DNA of 64,000 nt from Macrostomum lignano. Taxonomy: Eukaryota. Location: NCBI GenBank assembly GCA_002269645.1, contig NIVC01002305.1, positions 1-64,000 of the forward strand, in the 5' to 3' direction. The notes beneath the pieces are model-generated. The model worked only from the letters and a program-made list of their open reading frames with translations. It made no database searches and was not told the DNA's origin. This document shows, piece after piece, positions 46,161 through 60,036 of the stretch. Made by a program: the position numbers and the translations under genes. Numbering within the stretch: position 1 is the stretch's first letter; each line of letters opens with the position of its first letter.

Positions 46161-46882
46161 ACAAACAACAACAACAACAGCAAAGTACGCAGCCCCGAAT
46201 GCAAGGAGGTCACAGTGAGAGCAGTGAGCGCGATCAGATGGCGCGCCGCAGAGCCTGAGAGCGGACAAATTCCGCCCCGTTGGCAGGTTGGGGGCAGTAG
46301 CCCTCGGCCCGGATCACGTGGCCCGCCAGTTGTAGTCGCCGCCGGCGCAGGATGGTGGACGGGCGCTGCAGCTTGGCCCGATCGTACAGGGCCTCGGTCC
46401 CGACGCTCTCGTCAGCTCGAAAGGCCGCACGGAGCAGCCCTGAGTGCGCCGAGTCCAGCTGCCGCTTTGGCGTAGCCGTCAGCGTCCACGTCTCGGCGTT
46501 GTAGAGCAGGACGGTTTCGACCACCGCCTGCCACAGCCGAGCCCTCTGGACGGTCGGGCAGCGCTTCGGACTGGAGGGCGGCTCGGATCGAACGAAAGGC
46601 CGCCCAGGCAAGTCCCCTGCGCCGCCGGAGGTCCTCTTCCACGTGGGGCACCAGACCGCCGAGGTAGGTGAACCGCTGGCAGCGTGCGAGCCTGGTCGTC
46701 TGCCCGTCTGCGCCGCGGCACGTCAGGTCCACTGGGATGTCGGCCGGCACAGTCAGCACCTCGGTCTTCAGCGTGTTGACAACCAGACCAATGCTCGATG
46801 CCACCTCGACCAGCCTGTCGATCTGGCGCTGGGAGTCTTCAACCAGACGAGGACAGGAGAGCAAGGTCGTCGGCGTAGCCAA
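46161..46882 (-). mobile_element. 5'-truncated, frameshifted RTE-like non-LTR retrotransposon (RT C-terminus)
   Basis: GYADDLALL, GLVVNTLKTEVL, FTYLGG, VETVLLYNAETWTLT and RRRRLQLAGHVIR across shifted frames; (TTG)n tail at 46161-46180. Confidence 0.85.
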
Positions 46883-47370
46883 GCACGCTCAGGCGCTTTT
46901 CGCTGTGGCAACGACCGATGCGTCTGCGCAGTAGGAAGCTGGCGACAGCCGAGGGGAGTGCGGTCTGAAGCACTCAGTTAAAGTGACCAAAGACAATATC
47001 TGTATTTAAGCGCAGTTTCAGGTCTCTTTCTTTTAGTACGTCATTCCCAATGCAATGTATATCTCATCATCTTGACTGTGGATTTACAAACGGAGCAATT
47101 ATGCGTATTTTTTTAATTCTTTTATTTAATTCTGATGCCATATGAAAATAGCATCTAAGTGGATACTACGCTTTTTTCGTCATTCTACGAAGTTTAAATC
47201 GGTCAAAGCGTTCCATGCTGGTGGCTCGTGGAAAGTAAAGACGACAGTGCACTCGCAAACAGCAAGGAGGCAGGTTAGTCACGTCGAGTCCTGACCCCGG
47301 GAACTTTAATGTAAGAGTCTGTACAGCACGTGCGAATGCTAAATTAGATCACTCATAAAATCTGTTTCAA

Positions 47371-47510
47371 GACAACAACAACAACAACAAAATACGCGCT
47401 CAGCGTCACAGGGTGCAACTCAGGGCCAGGTCGCGAACGAATGCCACGCCGCCGGCCGAATCCGGGACGCCGGCGTCAGCCAGCAGGCAGTCGACGAAGC
47501 GCCTCATTCT
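47371..47510 (-). mobile_element. Short 3'-terminal fragment of a related RTE-like LINE
   Basis: RRFVDCLLADAGVPDSAGGVAFVRDLAL* followed by a (TTG)n tail; parallels GAEFVRSQALRRAI* of the 46161 copy. Confidence 0.6.
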
Positions 47511-47839
47511 TAGCCACGACATATGTACCGTCACGAGAAAATTTCTGAACGAACGGTGCAAATTCGGTGCCGTTTTTGGCCGTTTCTTGCTAAACTAAAT
47601 CGCATATGGACATACGGATTTCATTTTAGTATATAGGACTGGCTCTTTAACCCCCTTCGGGGGTTTTATAACCTTACAGTACAGCAATAGTACATACAAA
47701 TGTACATTTAGTAACTTTGATGATTGAGATGCTTGAAAATGTTTTTCTCGCCCTATTGTGTACTGTATCGTATTCACAATACTAAATATTAATATCTGAA
47801 GTATGCATAGCATGGTTTATGCCCTGAACTAACGTACTA

Positions 47840-48044
47840 TAGTCAGGAGCGTCGGTAAAAGCTATTAGGGGGACATGCCCATTCTTTGTCCCCCACAAAA
47901 TATGGCGCCTGCGGCACCAAAACGAGTGCTTGCGGCGCCATAATGAGTGCTTACAACACCGATTCTGAAAATTATGTACATGTACATGTAGAATTCTTGG
48001 CTTTGTCCCCCTAACCATGAAATCCATGGCGACGCCCCTGACTA
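47840..48044. mobile_element. MITE-like element with short terminal inverted repeats
   Basis: TAGTCAGGAGCGTCG ... CGACGCCCCTGACTA; related copy at 38752-39032. Confidence 0.6.
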
Positions 48045-48535
48045 CTGTATAGTGTAGTATAAACACGAACCTACTTTAACGAAATGAAACATCTTTTTAG
48101 GTAGGACATACATGTATATTATTTCTAGCTTGTTTACCTTTTTTCTGCAGAAATGTATATTTGAAGCATTTTTATAAAAAATTTTTACATAAAGATGAAC
48201 GTAGAGATCAGTACGCTCGTATACATAGATAATATAGCGCCCGAAACCATGCATGACATGCTGATGTGTGCACCTGTTGCAACTTCTATGATTGAAGTGC
48301 ACACATACCTACCTGTATAAGCGCATGCAAAAATTGTAGTATCTAAATTTGTTACTTCTTGTTCATGAATTTAAGCATAATTTGTTCAGAAGAAAAGTGA
48401 CTCCGTATACTTTCTCTCTAGAGTCCTACCTAGTGCCTAGGGAAACGCACTATCTGCCTAAGTGTTTGTCTTGGTATCTTCTGCCGTGTACCCACCAACA
48501 AGCTCTAAATCACAGTGCAACTTCTGGGCAAGTCC

Positions 48536-52073
<3,538 letters not shown>

Positions 52074-52970
52074 GGATACTGTTAAACGAGCGCAACTAAG
52101 AAAATCAAAGCACGGAAGTTTTTACTCTCGTATTTCTCTGATTCTCTAAAACGGGCAGCAACAAGCTAGTCTTCTCTATCGGGCTTCTCTTGTGTTTTTT
52201 AGCGTTTTGCATTTCTGTGTTGGCAGCAGATGTTGCCACGTATGGGTTAGTGGGTTTAAGAACTGGGCCGGCTTTCTTAATCTCAGCTAGTGGATTAGCG
52301 CGTAATACCTACTGTAATGTACGCGCAGAGTTTACAGCGTACGTATTCATATGACTCACTGGGAGGCATTCTGATCCTTTAGATTCTTAATATCTGAAGT
52401 TGCTATATACATGAGACATATTGTAGAGGTGCCATCGTTGAGGGGGGCTCCATCACGTGGGCGCCAACACAAGGGGTTTGGCCCCCTAAACTAGACCAAT
52501 CCGCTGCGTACGACCCTGCTGACAGTACATATATAATACTTTAAATAGCAAGCTTGAAAAAAGCAAGAGACAAAACTTAAAAAATTGCTCACTTGAAGAT
52601 AAAAAATCACGGCTATCCAAAATACTGTTTGGAAGTGTAATTACCACTTCTAGAACAAAAAGCTGATGCAAGCTTGTACAAGCTAGTTTAATTACATTAA
52701 TTTATATGCATGTACATTTTTATGAAAGAGAGCTATAACAACCAATTTTAAATTGGAAATACTATACTGTGATCATGCCACATGTAGCAATAGGTTTCTT
52801 TTCATCGCAGAACGTTGAGAGGCATTGTGAGGGGATTGCTAAGGCCACTGCCCCGGTGACATTTGAGACACTCCAGTGGAACAATAAATTAAGTCTTGTT
52901 GTCAGTACCTCCAGACAAGCAAAACTTGGTAAAAAACACGAAACGTTTCAACTTTAATCAGCAATGTATA

Positions 52971-53566
52971 CTCAGCAACAGCTAACCCCCCCCCCAACTC
53001 ACGCTGTCACACGGCCCAAAAGTTTTGTGCCGACTCACAAGGTGTTTCACTGCACGCCTGGGCTGGCATCGCACTGAATGGCAAAACAGAGCTTGTCATT
53101 CTGGAGCAGAATGTAACTGGGCAGACCTATGCAGAGCTGCTACAGCAGCAGTTTCTACCATTTGCTACGACAACCTTTGGCGGCCCGCAGAACTGCATTC
53201 TTCAAGACGACAACGCTGCGCCACATCGAGCAGCACACGTGCAGCTGCTGAAGGAGCAGCTCGGCATTCGCACATTGAACTGGCCGTCAAAGTCTCCAGA
53301 CATGAACCCCATCGAGCATGTCTGGGACTTTGTAAAGCGAAGAGTTCAGCAGGATGCCCCACAGAATGCTGAACAGTTGCGACTGGCGGTGCAGCTGCCC
53401 CAAGAGTTCATCAACCGGCTGGTGATCAGGATGCCACGACGAGTCACGGCACTTTTGCATGCTCGTGGTTCCTACACACGATCCTGAGACTAGAATTAAA
53501 GACATTGCTTAACTTTTGTGCCCGTGTGACAGCGTGAGTTGGGGGGGGGGTTTAGCTGTTGCTGAG
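52971..53566 (+). mobile_element. Internally deleted Tc1 (DD34E) element
   Basis: ~55-bp TIRs (CTCAGCAACAGCTAA-C10-AACTCACGCTGTCACACGG), TA flanks, open frame with the C-terminal catalytic half (AWAGI, QDDNAAPH, WPSKSPDMNPIEHVW; 34 residues between D and E); N-terminal half absent. Confidence 0.9.
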
Positions 53567-53879
53567 TATAGTATCCATTGGCGAAGGCGAGTGGCGATCC
53601 TGGTCAAGTTTCGGCTGGGCAGCTGATCTTAGTGCGTTCTTCAGCAAGAGGTGTCGCGTTCTTTGGTGCATGCATGCTAATGGAGTGGTTAACTCTATTA
53701 TCGATTTTTATTACTAGCCTATAACCATCCCTCTCCGTCAGTCTTTTCCTATACGTACGCACTTGTGAGGGCGGCTACGTACTTGTAGACTGCCCAGCTA
53801 GACATAGCAAATATATATATTTGAGTCAGGAGGCCACTGGCCCGAGCACCTTGCTCTTTCTTAGTTGTTTGAACGACAG

Positions 53880-54700
53880 AATCTCAGAGTCTCAGAGCAT
53901 AATTGTTATTTTTACAACAAGAGGAGCAGAAATCGGCCACGTACAGGTTCAGACCGAGACTGTAGGGGCTCTGCCAAATCTCGGTGGACATTGCGCTCTT
54001 GCAGGAAATCCCCAAAGAGTCCTACAACATGCGGTCGAGCATTGTTCATTTGCAATCTGATCTCGCTCAGTCGGACTGGGCTGGGGGTAGCTCACCATCT
54101 GCTGGGCATCCACGTACACCGTCTCTCCCTGAGGCAATGCAGTCACACTGAGAATCGCTTGTTGGCTGTGAACGTGACCATCAGCAGGGACTTCCGTTTC
54201 GTCACGGCATTCGGCGCACAACCTGCTTCCGGGGGTATATACCCTGTCAAGCCAAGTCCTGTTTGTCAGTCTTGGTTCCATCAGCATCCCAAGGACATCC
54301 ATGTCTCGTCTTGCACAGCGTACAGAATATACCTTTCATAGCTCCCGATCCTTCATCCTTAGCAAAACCCATCGCAATTGTGTGCACAGTTGACTCGCAT
54401 CTGTCTCTGCCCATCCGTGAAGTTGTGGGTTACCCACACATTGAGCACATCCACCTCAGCTCATTGCCAGCTCACCCGTCCAGCTTGAGCGATCCTTGGC
54501 CGGCGCGGCCAGGTCGATCATCATCGCCGAGCACTTCCCGGGTCCCATTATTGCTGCTTTTATCCAGCGCTGTATGGTTCTCAGGGATGGAACAGCATCG
54601 ACCCCAAGCAGCTACCAGATCTTGGTGGACTTCGGTAGCTGATTTACAGATATTTTGGCGAAATGCGTATTGTCAGGCTCCATGCTTCTTGACTGCACTT
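53880..54700 (-). pseudogene. Decayed mariner-family transposase
   Basis: Across several frames: KSATEVHQDLVAAWG..VPSLRTIQRW (HTH), WVTHNFTDGQRQMRV (WVPHEL-like), QDETW, QMNNARPH, QSPYSLGLN (YSPDL-like). Confidence 0.7.
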
Positions 54701-57700
54701 TTCCTAGACTCTTTACCTGTCCATAGACAATTTGGTTTTAAGCCTGACTCTATGTGAAGTTAGTTTTACTTGAAGCAAGCTACTAATTTTTAGCAAGTTT
54801 TTATGTGTCCATTTTTATTTAAGTGAAAAATGATAAAATAAATATGTAATAGCTATTTTTATTTTAGCAGTGTTATAAAGCTTAAACAACAACACTTTTG
54901 TTCCACCAGAAGAAGTAGTATTGCTTGCAATTAATCCAATTATGACGTACTATGTACATATCTGCAATGAGGGAGCCAACACATTGAAGGCTAGAGAGTC
55001 AAGTACATGCATGTATAAAAGCTGATGATGTTATTTAATTTGCTTATACACTAATTTGCACATGTGATATGCGTTACCCTTTGATAAAATCTCGCCTGTG
55101 GCTTCAAAATTTGCATAAAAAATGCTGCGATCAGTACATGTTCCGTACAGTGTGGACTCTTGCACCTATGGCAAAAATAGTACCGTACATGTATGCTTTG
55201 TATGAAGAGGAAATGTTACTCGTAGCACTAGCATGATGGCTGGTTTTGAAACACCGGGGGCACGACGTACTTCAGTGTACATGATAATTTAATAACGTCA
55301 GACATAGAAAAAATCTTTTCTGCAACGCAAATCAATGATTTGCTTTTGATCTGGGGCAATGCAGATATGATCGACCATTTCTTTTAATTTTGCAGTTGTG
55401 TTTGGTGAAAGTAAAAGTGAAAGTTTCATTTTCATATAATGTTTCTGATACATGTATACATCATGCAATCCTTGTTGAAATACTTTATTTGGTTACGACT
55501 TCGGACTAGTTTGCTATATAATTTGGTAACATTATAATTAGCTCATGCACTCATTCTTATTCTTAAAGCAAACCAGCTGTATTGGCCTAATGATTCTACC
55601 TGACAATGTGCATCGAAAATGGTGATTAAAAAGTGATATTTATTTACTTTAAAGGTTTAAAATTAAAACCCAATCTCTACAACTGACTTAGCTGAAAGTT
55701 AAAAACTATAAAGCCAGTAGCCCTAGCATATAATTTTTTTAACCATAAAAACATTTTACTAAATTTCAGTGCGAATTCTGAAATAACGTGGAGCTTGCTG
55801 CACAGAAGTAATCTAGATTGAAGTTATATGTTGATAACATGTAGCTACATTTAGACAGTATTTAAAGCAGTTAGCAGTCTCTACCGGTCTCCATCCATCC
55901 CTGTCTTCTTTACTCTCTGTCTTCTCCTTGTCTTCCTGTCTCCCTCGATCTCTTCCCGTGACTTAGCATCGCCGGTACGTAAGAAAAAGCAATCAGCTAA
56001 ACAAATAAAAGCAGACGCGCAACTTTTAAAACTTTTTGCACACCTTTTGTTAAACTGAAAACGACTGTAAAATATATATAATACGGAAAATATTTCATTT
56101 TACGATTTGGGTAATCTTGTTTACATATTTCAATTGTCACAGCATTGTCAACTAGCGCGTCCTGTAGTATGATACTAACTACTGAATTCACCGGCACTTG
56201 GGTTCACCGGATTTTTAACTTTATTTTTAAGGCTTAAAAATATACATAATCGATAGCGCAAGTAAAACTAGAGATGCGCCTAGATTTTTGGCTCTGCGCG
56301 TTGCCCCTGGACATCAGGAGGGCGATTTTTGTTATTTTTTGGGGGGTGAAACCGGCGGTGAACCCAATAAATCCTTCCAGAGAGCTGAAAACCTGTCATG
56401 CAATATTTCAAAGCAAAATATAGGCAGATTTCGACGTGCGCATAAAATTTCAGCGTTGCGCGTTGCTCCTGAACTGCAGGAGAACGTTTTTTTGTTAAAT
56501 TCCGGTGTTGAATGACTGCCGCTGAACTCCGCGGTGAACGAAATTAAGTGCGTTTCCCGAGTCGAAAAATAGTAAATTTTCCTATTAAAAAAGTTATCAA
56601 ATTAAAGTTTTATCACTTTCATCAGCATTTTTGCACTCAATTTTGTGTTGACTGTTAAGCTATTTATTTTAATGCAAAGCGAAAACATTAAAAAATATTT
56701 CGAACTGCGAGTCTTTATTGCGCAACGTGGCAGCAGGCAGTTACAGCGCACTTGCGCATAAAAAATACATTATATTTATACGCCGTGTGGTATTTTTGTG
56801 GCCATACTTAATAATGAAGCCTTTTATGCTGTTTTACTTCCTATATTTTTAGATTTATTTTTCAATTACGTCTTGAAACATGCAGTCAAAGTGTTAATAT
56901 CAGTATAGGCAATAAAATAAAATTGGCATTTCTTGGCTTGATGCTTTTTACAACTTGTTAAAACCTCTATTTTAATATTTCTTCTCTTCTAATAAGTCAA
57001 ATTATAAACATAATATCTATTTAAGATTCCATAGTGCTTTTCCATTAAGTATAAATTCAATTATATCAGGCAGGCACTTAGTATACTTTTATAAAATAAT
57101 AACTATAACATGCAATAAAAATATTGACTATACTAGCCTATTTAATTACTTGTAATTTTATGTAATATTACTAGCCAATAAATATTTTTATATTTGATTT
57201 CATTGTAATTATAAAAATTTAAAAAATTCTGTATATTTATAACATTGTTGACTCATAAAATTCTTTCTTGTTTTTTCTCCTAACCATAATTAATATTTCA
57301 AAAAATATACATCAAGAATTATTAATTTTTCTTGATTTGTAAATAAAAATATTACCCTGCAATTTTCAATATTTTTCATGTATTTTATGTAAAATGCGCA
57401 ATTTCATGTGTTTTTTGTGTTTCCATCAGTTTAGCTTGGGCTAACTAGAAACTGCAGACTGACAGAATGCATTTCTTTCTCCGGGATATTGCTTCTTTCT
57501 AAGTTAAAGAGACCAATATGCTCATTAGGAGTAGCTTTATGCCCAGAAGCACAGTACGCACAATAAATTGTGTTTTTTGTGTTTCCATCAGTTTAGCCTG
57601 TTATTGGGCTATCTAGAAACTGCAGACTGACAGAATGCATTTCTTTCTCCGGGATATTGCTTCTTTCTAAGTTAAAGAGACCAATATGCTCATTAGGAGT

Positions 57701-58348
57701 AGCTTTATGCCCAGAAGCACAGTACGCACAATAAATTGTGTTTTTTGTGTTTCCATCAGTTTAGCCTGTTATTGGGCTTTCTAGAAACTGAAGACTGACA
57801 GAATGTATTCCTTTTTCAGGGATACTGTTTCTTTCCAAGTTAAAGAGACGAATCTGCTTCATACCAACGTCTTAATCGCTAAAATCACAGTAACACAATA
57901 AATTCGGAACCCACTTTCCCTTTTTACTCGCGTTTATTAACGATGCGTACACTGGATCGGCCGTTTGCCTCGGCTTCTTTGCCGGAGGAGCCTAGGCCCC
58001 AGTTCCGGTTTCGGAAGCCTTGGCATTCTTGGCTTCATCAGCTTTCCGCTCCTCGCAACGGAGGATGGTCAGCTGAGTCAGACCAAGAGCCTCTTCACGG
58101 CAATCGATTCTCGAACCAGAATCGGTTCGGATTTCCAAGAAAAAAAGCAGTATAACTATTTAACTTTGTTGAATGTTTGACTGCCTTAACAGCATTTATT
58201 TACCACTATTTTTCACTTTCTTCTTGGCTATTGCCATTTAATAATCACAATTTTAAAGCACTAATATCCCTCTAGTTTAGGAGACAAAAAGTTATACTTT
58301 ACAAATTGGTTCTGGTTCTAGAACCAGAACAAGCAATATGAAGAGCCT

Positions 58349-59430
58349 TCAATATGGATTGTGGACTTAGGCGGCAAGTGCTCAGCCCAGTCATTAGAGA
58401 GCCCTAGGATCACCGTAGCCCCCTTCTCCTTGCGGGAAGTGGCGTGGTGTAGGAGCCCGTTGACCTCAAGGTCAGGGTGCAGCTTTAGCAATATTTGCCT
58501 AAGCTGATCTCCGGACTTAATGGCACTGCCGGCCGGGATCCAGACGCGAAAGCGCTGGCGAAGACGAGCTTGCCGAGCTTCTTGGGCCAGTTCAGCTTTG
58601 GCAGAAGCTCGCGTAGACTGCGGCTGCTCTCCTCCGAGCTGCACCAGATGAAGATGCAGCCGTCGGTCTTGGCGGACTTGACCACGCTCACAGGGCGGCC
58701 CGCCAGGAGCTGGTCGATGAGCGCAGCATCGATGGTGCGCCAGGCACTGTCGAGCTCGTCGGCCGTGAGGTCTTGCTCTTCCCCGAAGACGATGACCGCC
58801 GGTTGGAGCTTGACCTTTGAGGCGTAATTTGAGGCGGTTTCCCAGCTCACTGTTGTGTATTGCAAAGGCATGCGATGCGTAGGGGTAGTTCGGGGACAGC
58901 GTTTCTAGAAACTTCCACCGCGGACTTGTTTACGCATAGTTCCAGAAGTTTCCTTCCCCGGTCTTTCTAGAACTTTCCTTCCCCGCGTGCATAAATATAC
59001 GAGCCGCCCTCCTATTGGCCAACCCCTTCTTTTGGTGCCACTGAGCGCCCGGATAATTATCTATCTTGTTTCTGCGTTCGTTAATTCCACAACAGAACAC
59101 TCACCAGCGGGGGTTGTATCCTTGGGGGCAGGGGTTGCTGTGGCTCCTTTCGGGCCAACAGCAGCCTCGTCCTCCCTAGGTTCCCCCTCCGCCGGTGGTC
59201 GGCCCGCAGTCGCCGTCGCCGCTCGTTGCGGCGTTGGTTGCGGGCGCGTCGGGCTTCAGCGGAGGGCCCGGTTGCGCGTGCGGGCATGTCACCGGCCGAG
59301 CCGGCGGCAAGCCCATCTGCCCCCAGTGGGGCGGCGCTCGTGCCAGAGTCACCGGCCGGAGTTGCCGGGGCCCCGGCTTCAGCGGGTTGAAAGAGGCGGA
59401 TGACGCCATAGCTGAAAGCGGGAAGGATGA
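58349..59430 (-). pseudogene. Non-LTR retrotransposon ORF1 fragment (DUF4780-like, R1/LOA-type gag), disrupted
   Basis: SNYASKVK..LTADELDSAWRTID..GCIFIWCSSEESSRSLRELLPKLNW..RVWIP..ILLKLHPDLEV..GATVILGL resembles the DUF4780 pattern as I recall it; one frameshift near 58550 and a solo-LTR insertion. Confidence 0.6.
58851..59099. mobile_element. Solo LTR (249 bp)
   Basis: TG...CA termini, 5-bp target duplication CTCAC at 58846-50 and 59100-04; removing it restores ..QPPLVSWETASNY.. in one frame. Confidence 0.8.
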
Positions 59431-59436
59431 GATGAG

Positions 59437-60036
59437 GCACGGTGCTGATGAGATGAGACGCTTCGCTTCGCTGAAGGCCATCTCGCATTTTGCGTCCCAG
59501 TTCCATGGCGTGTCCTTGCGCAGGAGCGCTGTTAGCGGCTCGGCGACGTGAGACAGGTTCTTGATGTAGAACTGGAAGAACTTTGCAAAGCCAAGGAATG
59601 AGGCTAACTTTGCCGTATTGGTGGGTGCCTTAAGTCCCGATGCGGACTCGGTGTGCGACTGGAGAGGTTGAATTCCCGCTGCGCTGACGCGGTGTCCAAC
59701 GAACTCGATCTCCGACGCCTTGAAGGTTGCACTTCTTGAGGTTGACGGTTACTCGATGCTGCAGCAGCTTGTCCAGTACCTGAAGTACGCGACTTTCGTG
59801 CTCAGCTTCAGTACCGGCGTGAACGGCGATGTCGTCTTGATAGTGAACGACGCCTCTGATGCCTTGGAGGATCTTGCCGACGAGCTTCTGGAAGGCCGCC
59901 GGATCCGAGCTGATGCCGAACGGCATGCGTCTGAAACGGTAGAGGCCGAATTCGGTGTGGAAGCAGGTCAGATTCTTGGCGTCATCGTGCAGAGGCAGCT
60001 GTAGATACGACTGGTTGAGGTTGATTCGTGAGAAAA
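59437..60036 (-). pseudogene. Ty3/gypsy reverse transcriptase fragment (frameshifted)
   Basis: FSRINLNQSYLQL, GLYRFRRMPFGISS, HYQDDI, EFVGHRVS, SFLGFAKFF, FSEAKRLISSAPCL; frameshift near 59720. Confidence 0.9.

Noticed and set aside
46886-46981. FRCGNDRCVCAVG, a Cys motif resembling an EGF/LDLa fragment on +
   Set aside because: Too short, abuts the LINE truncation point, no supporting exon structure.
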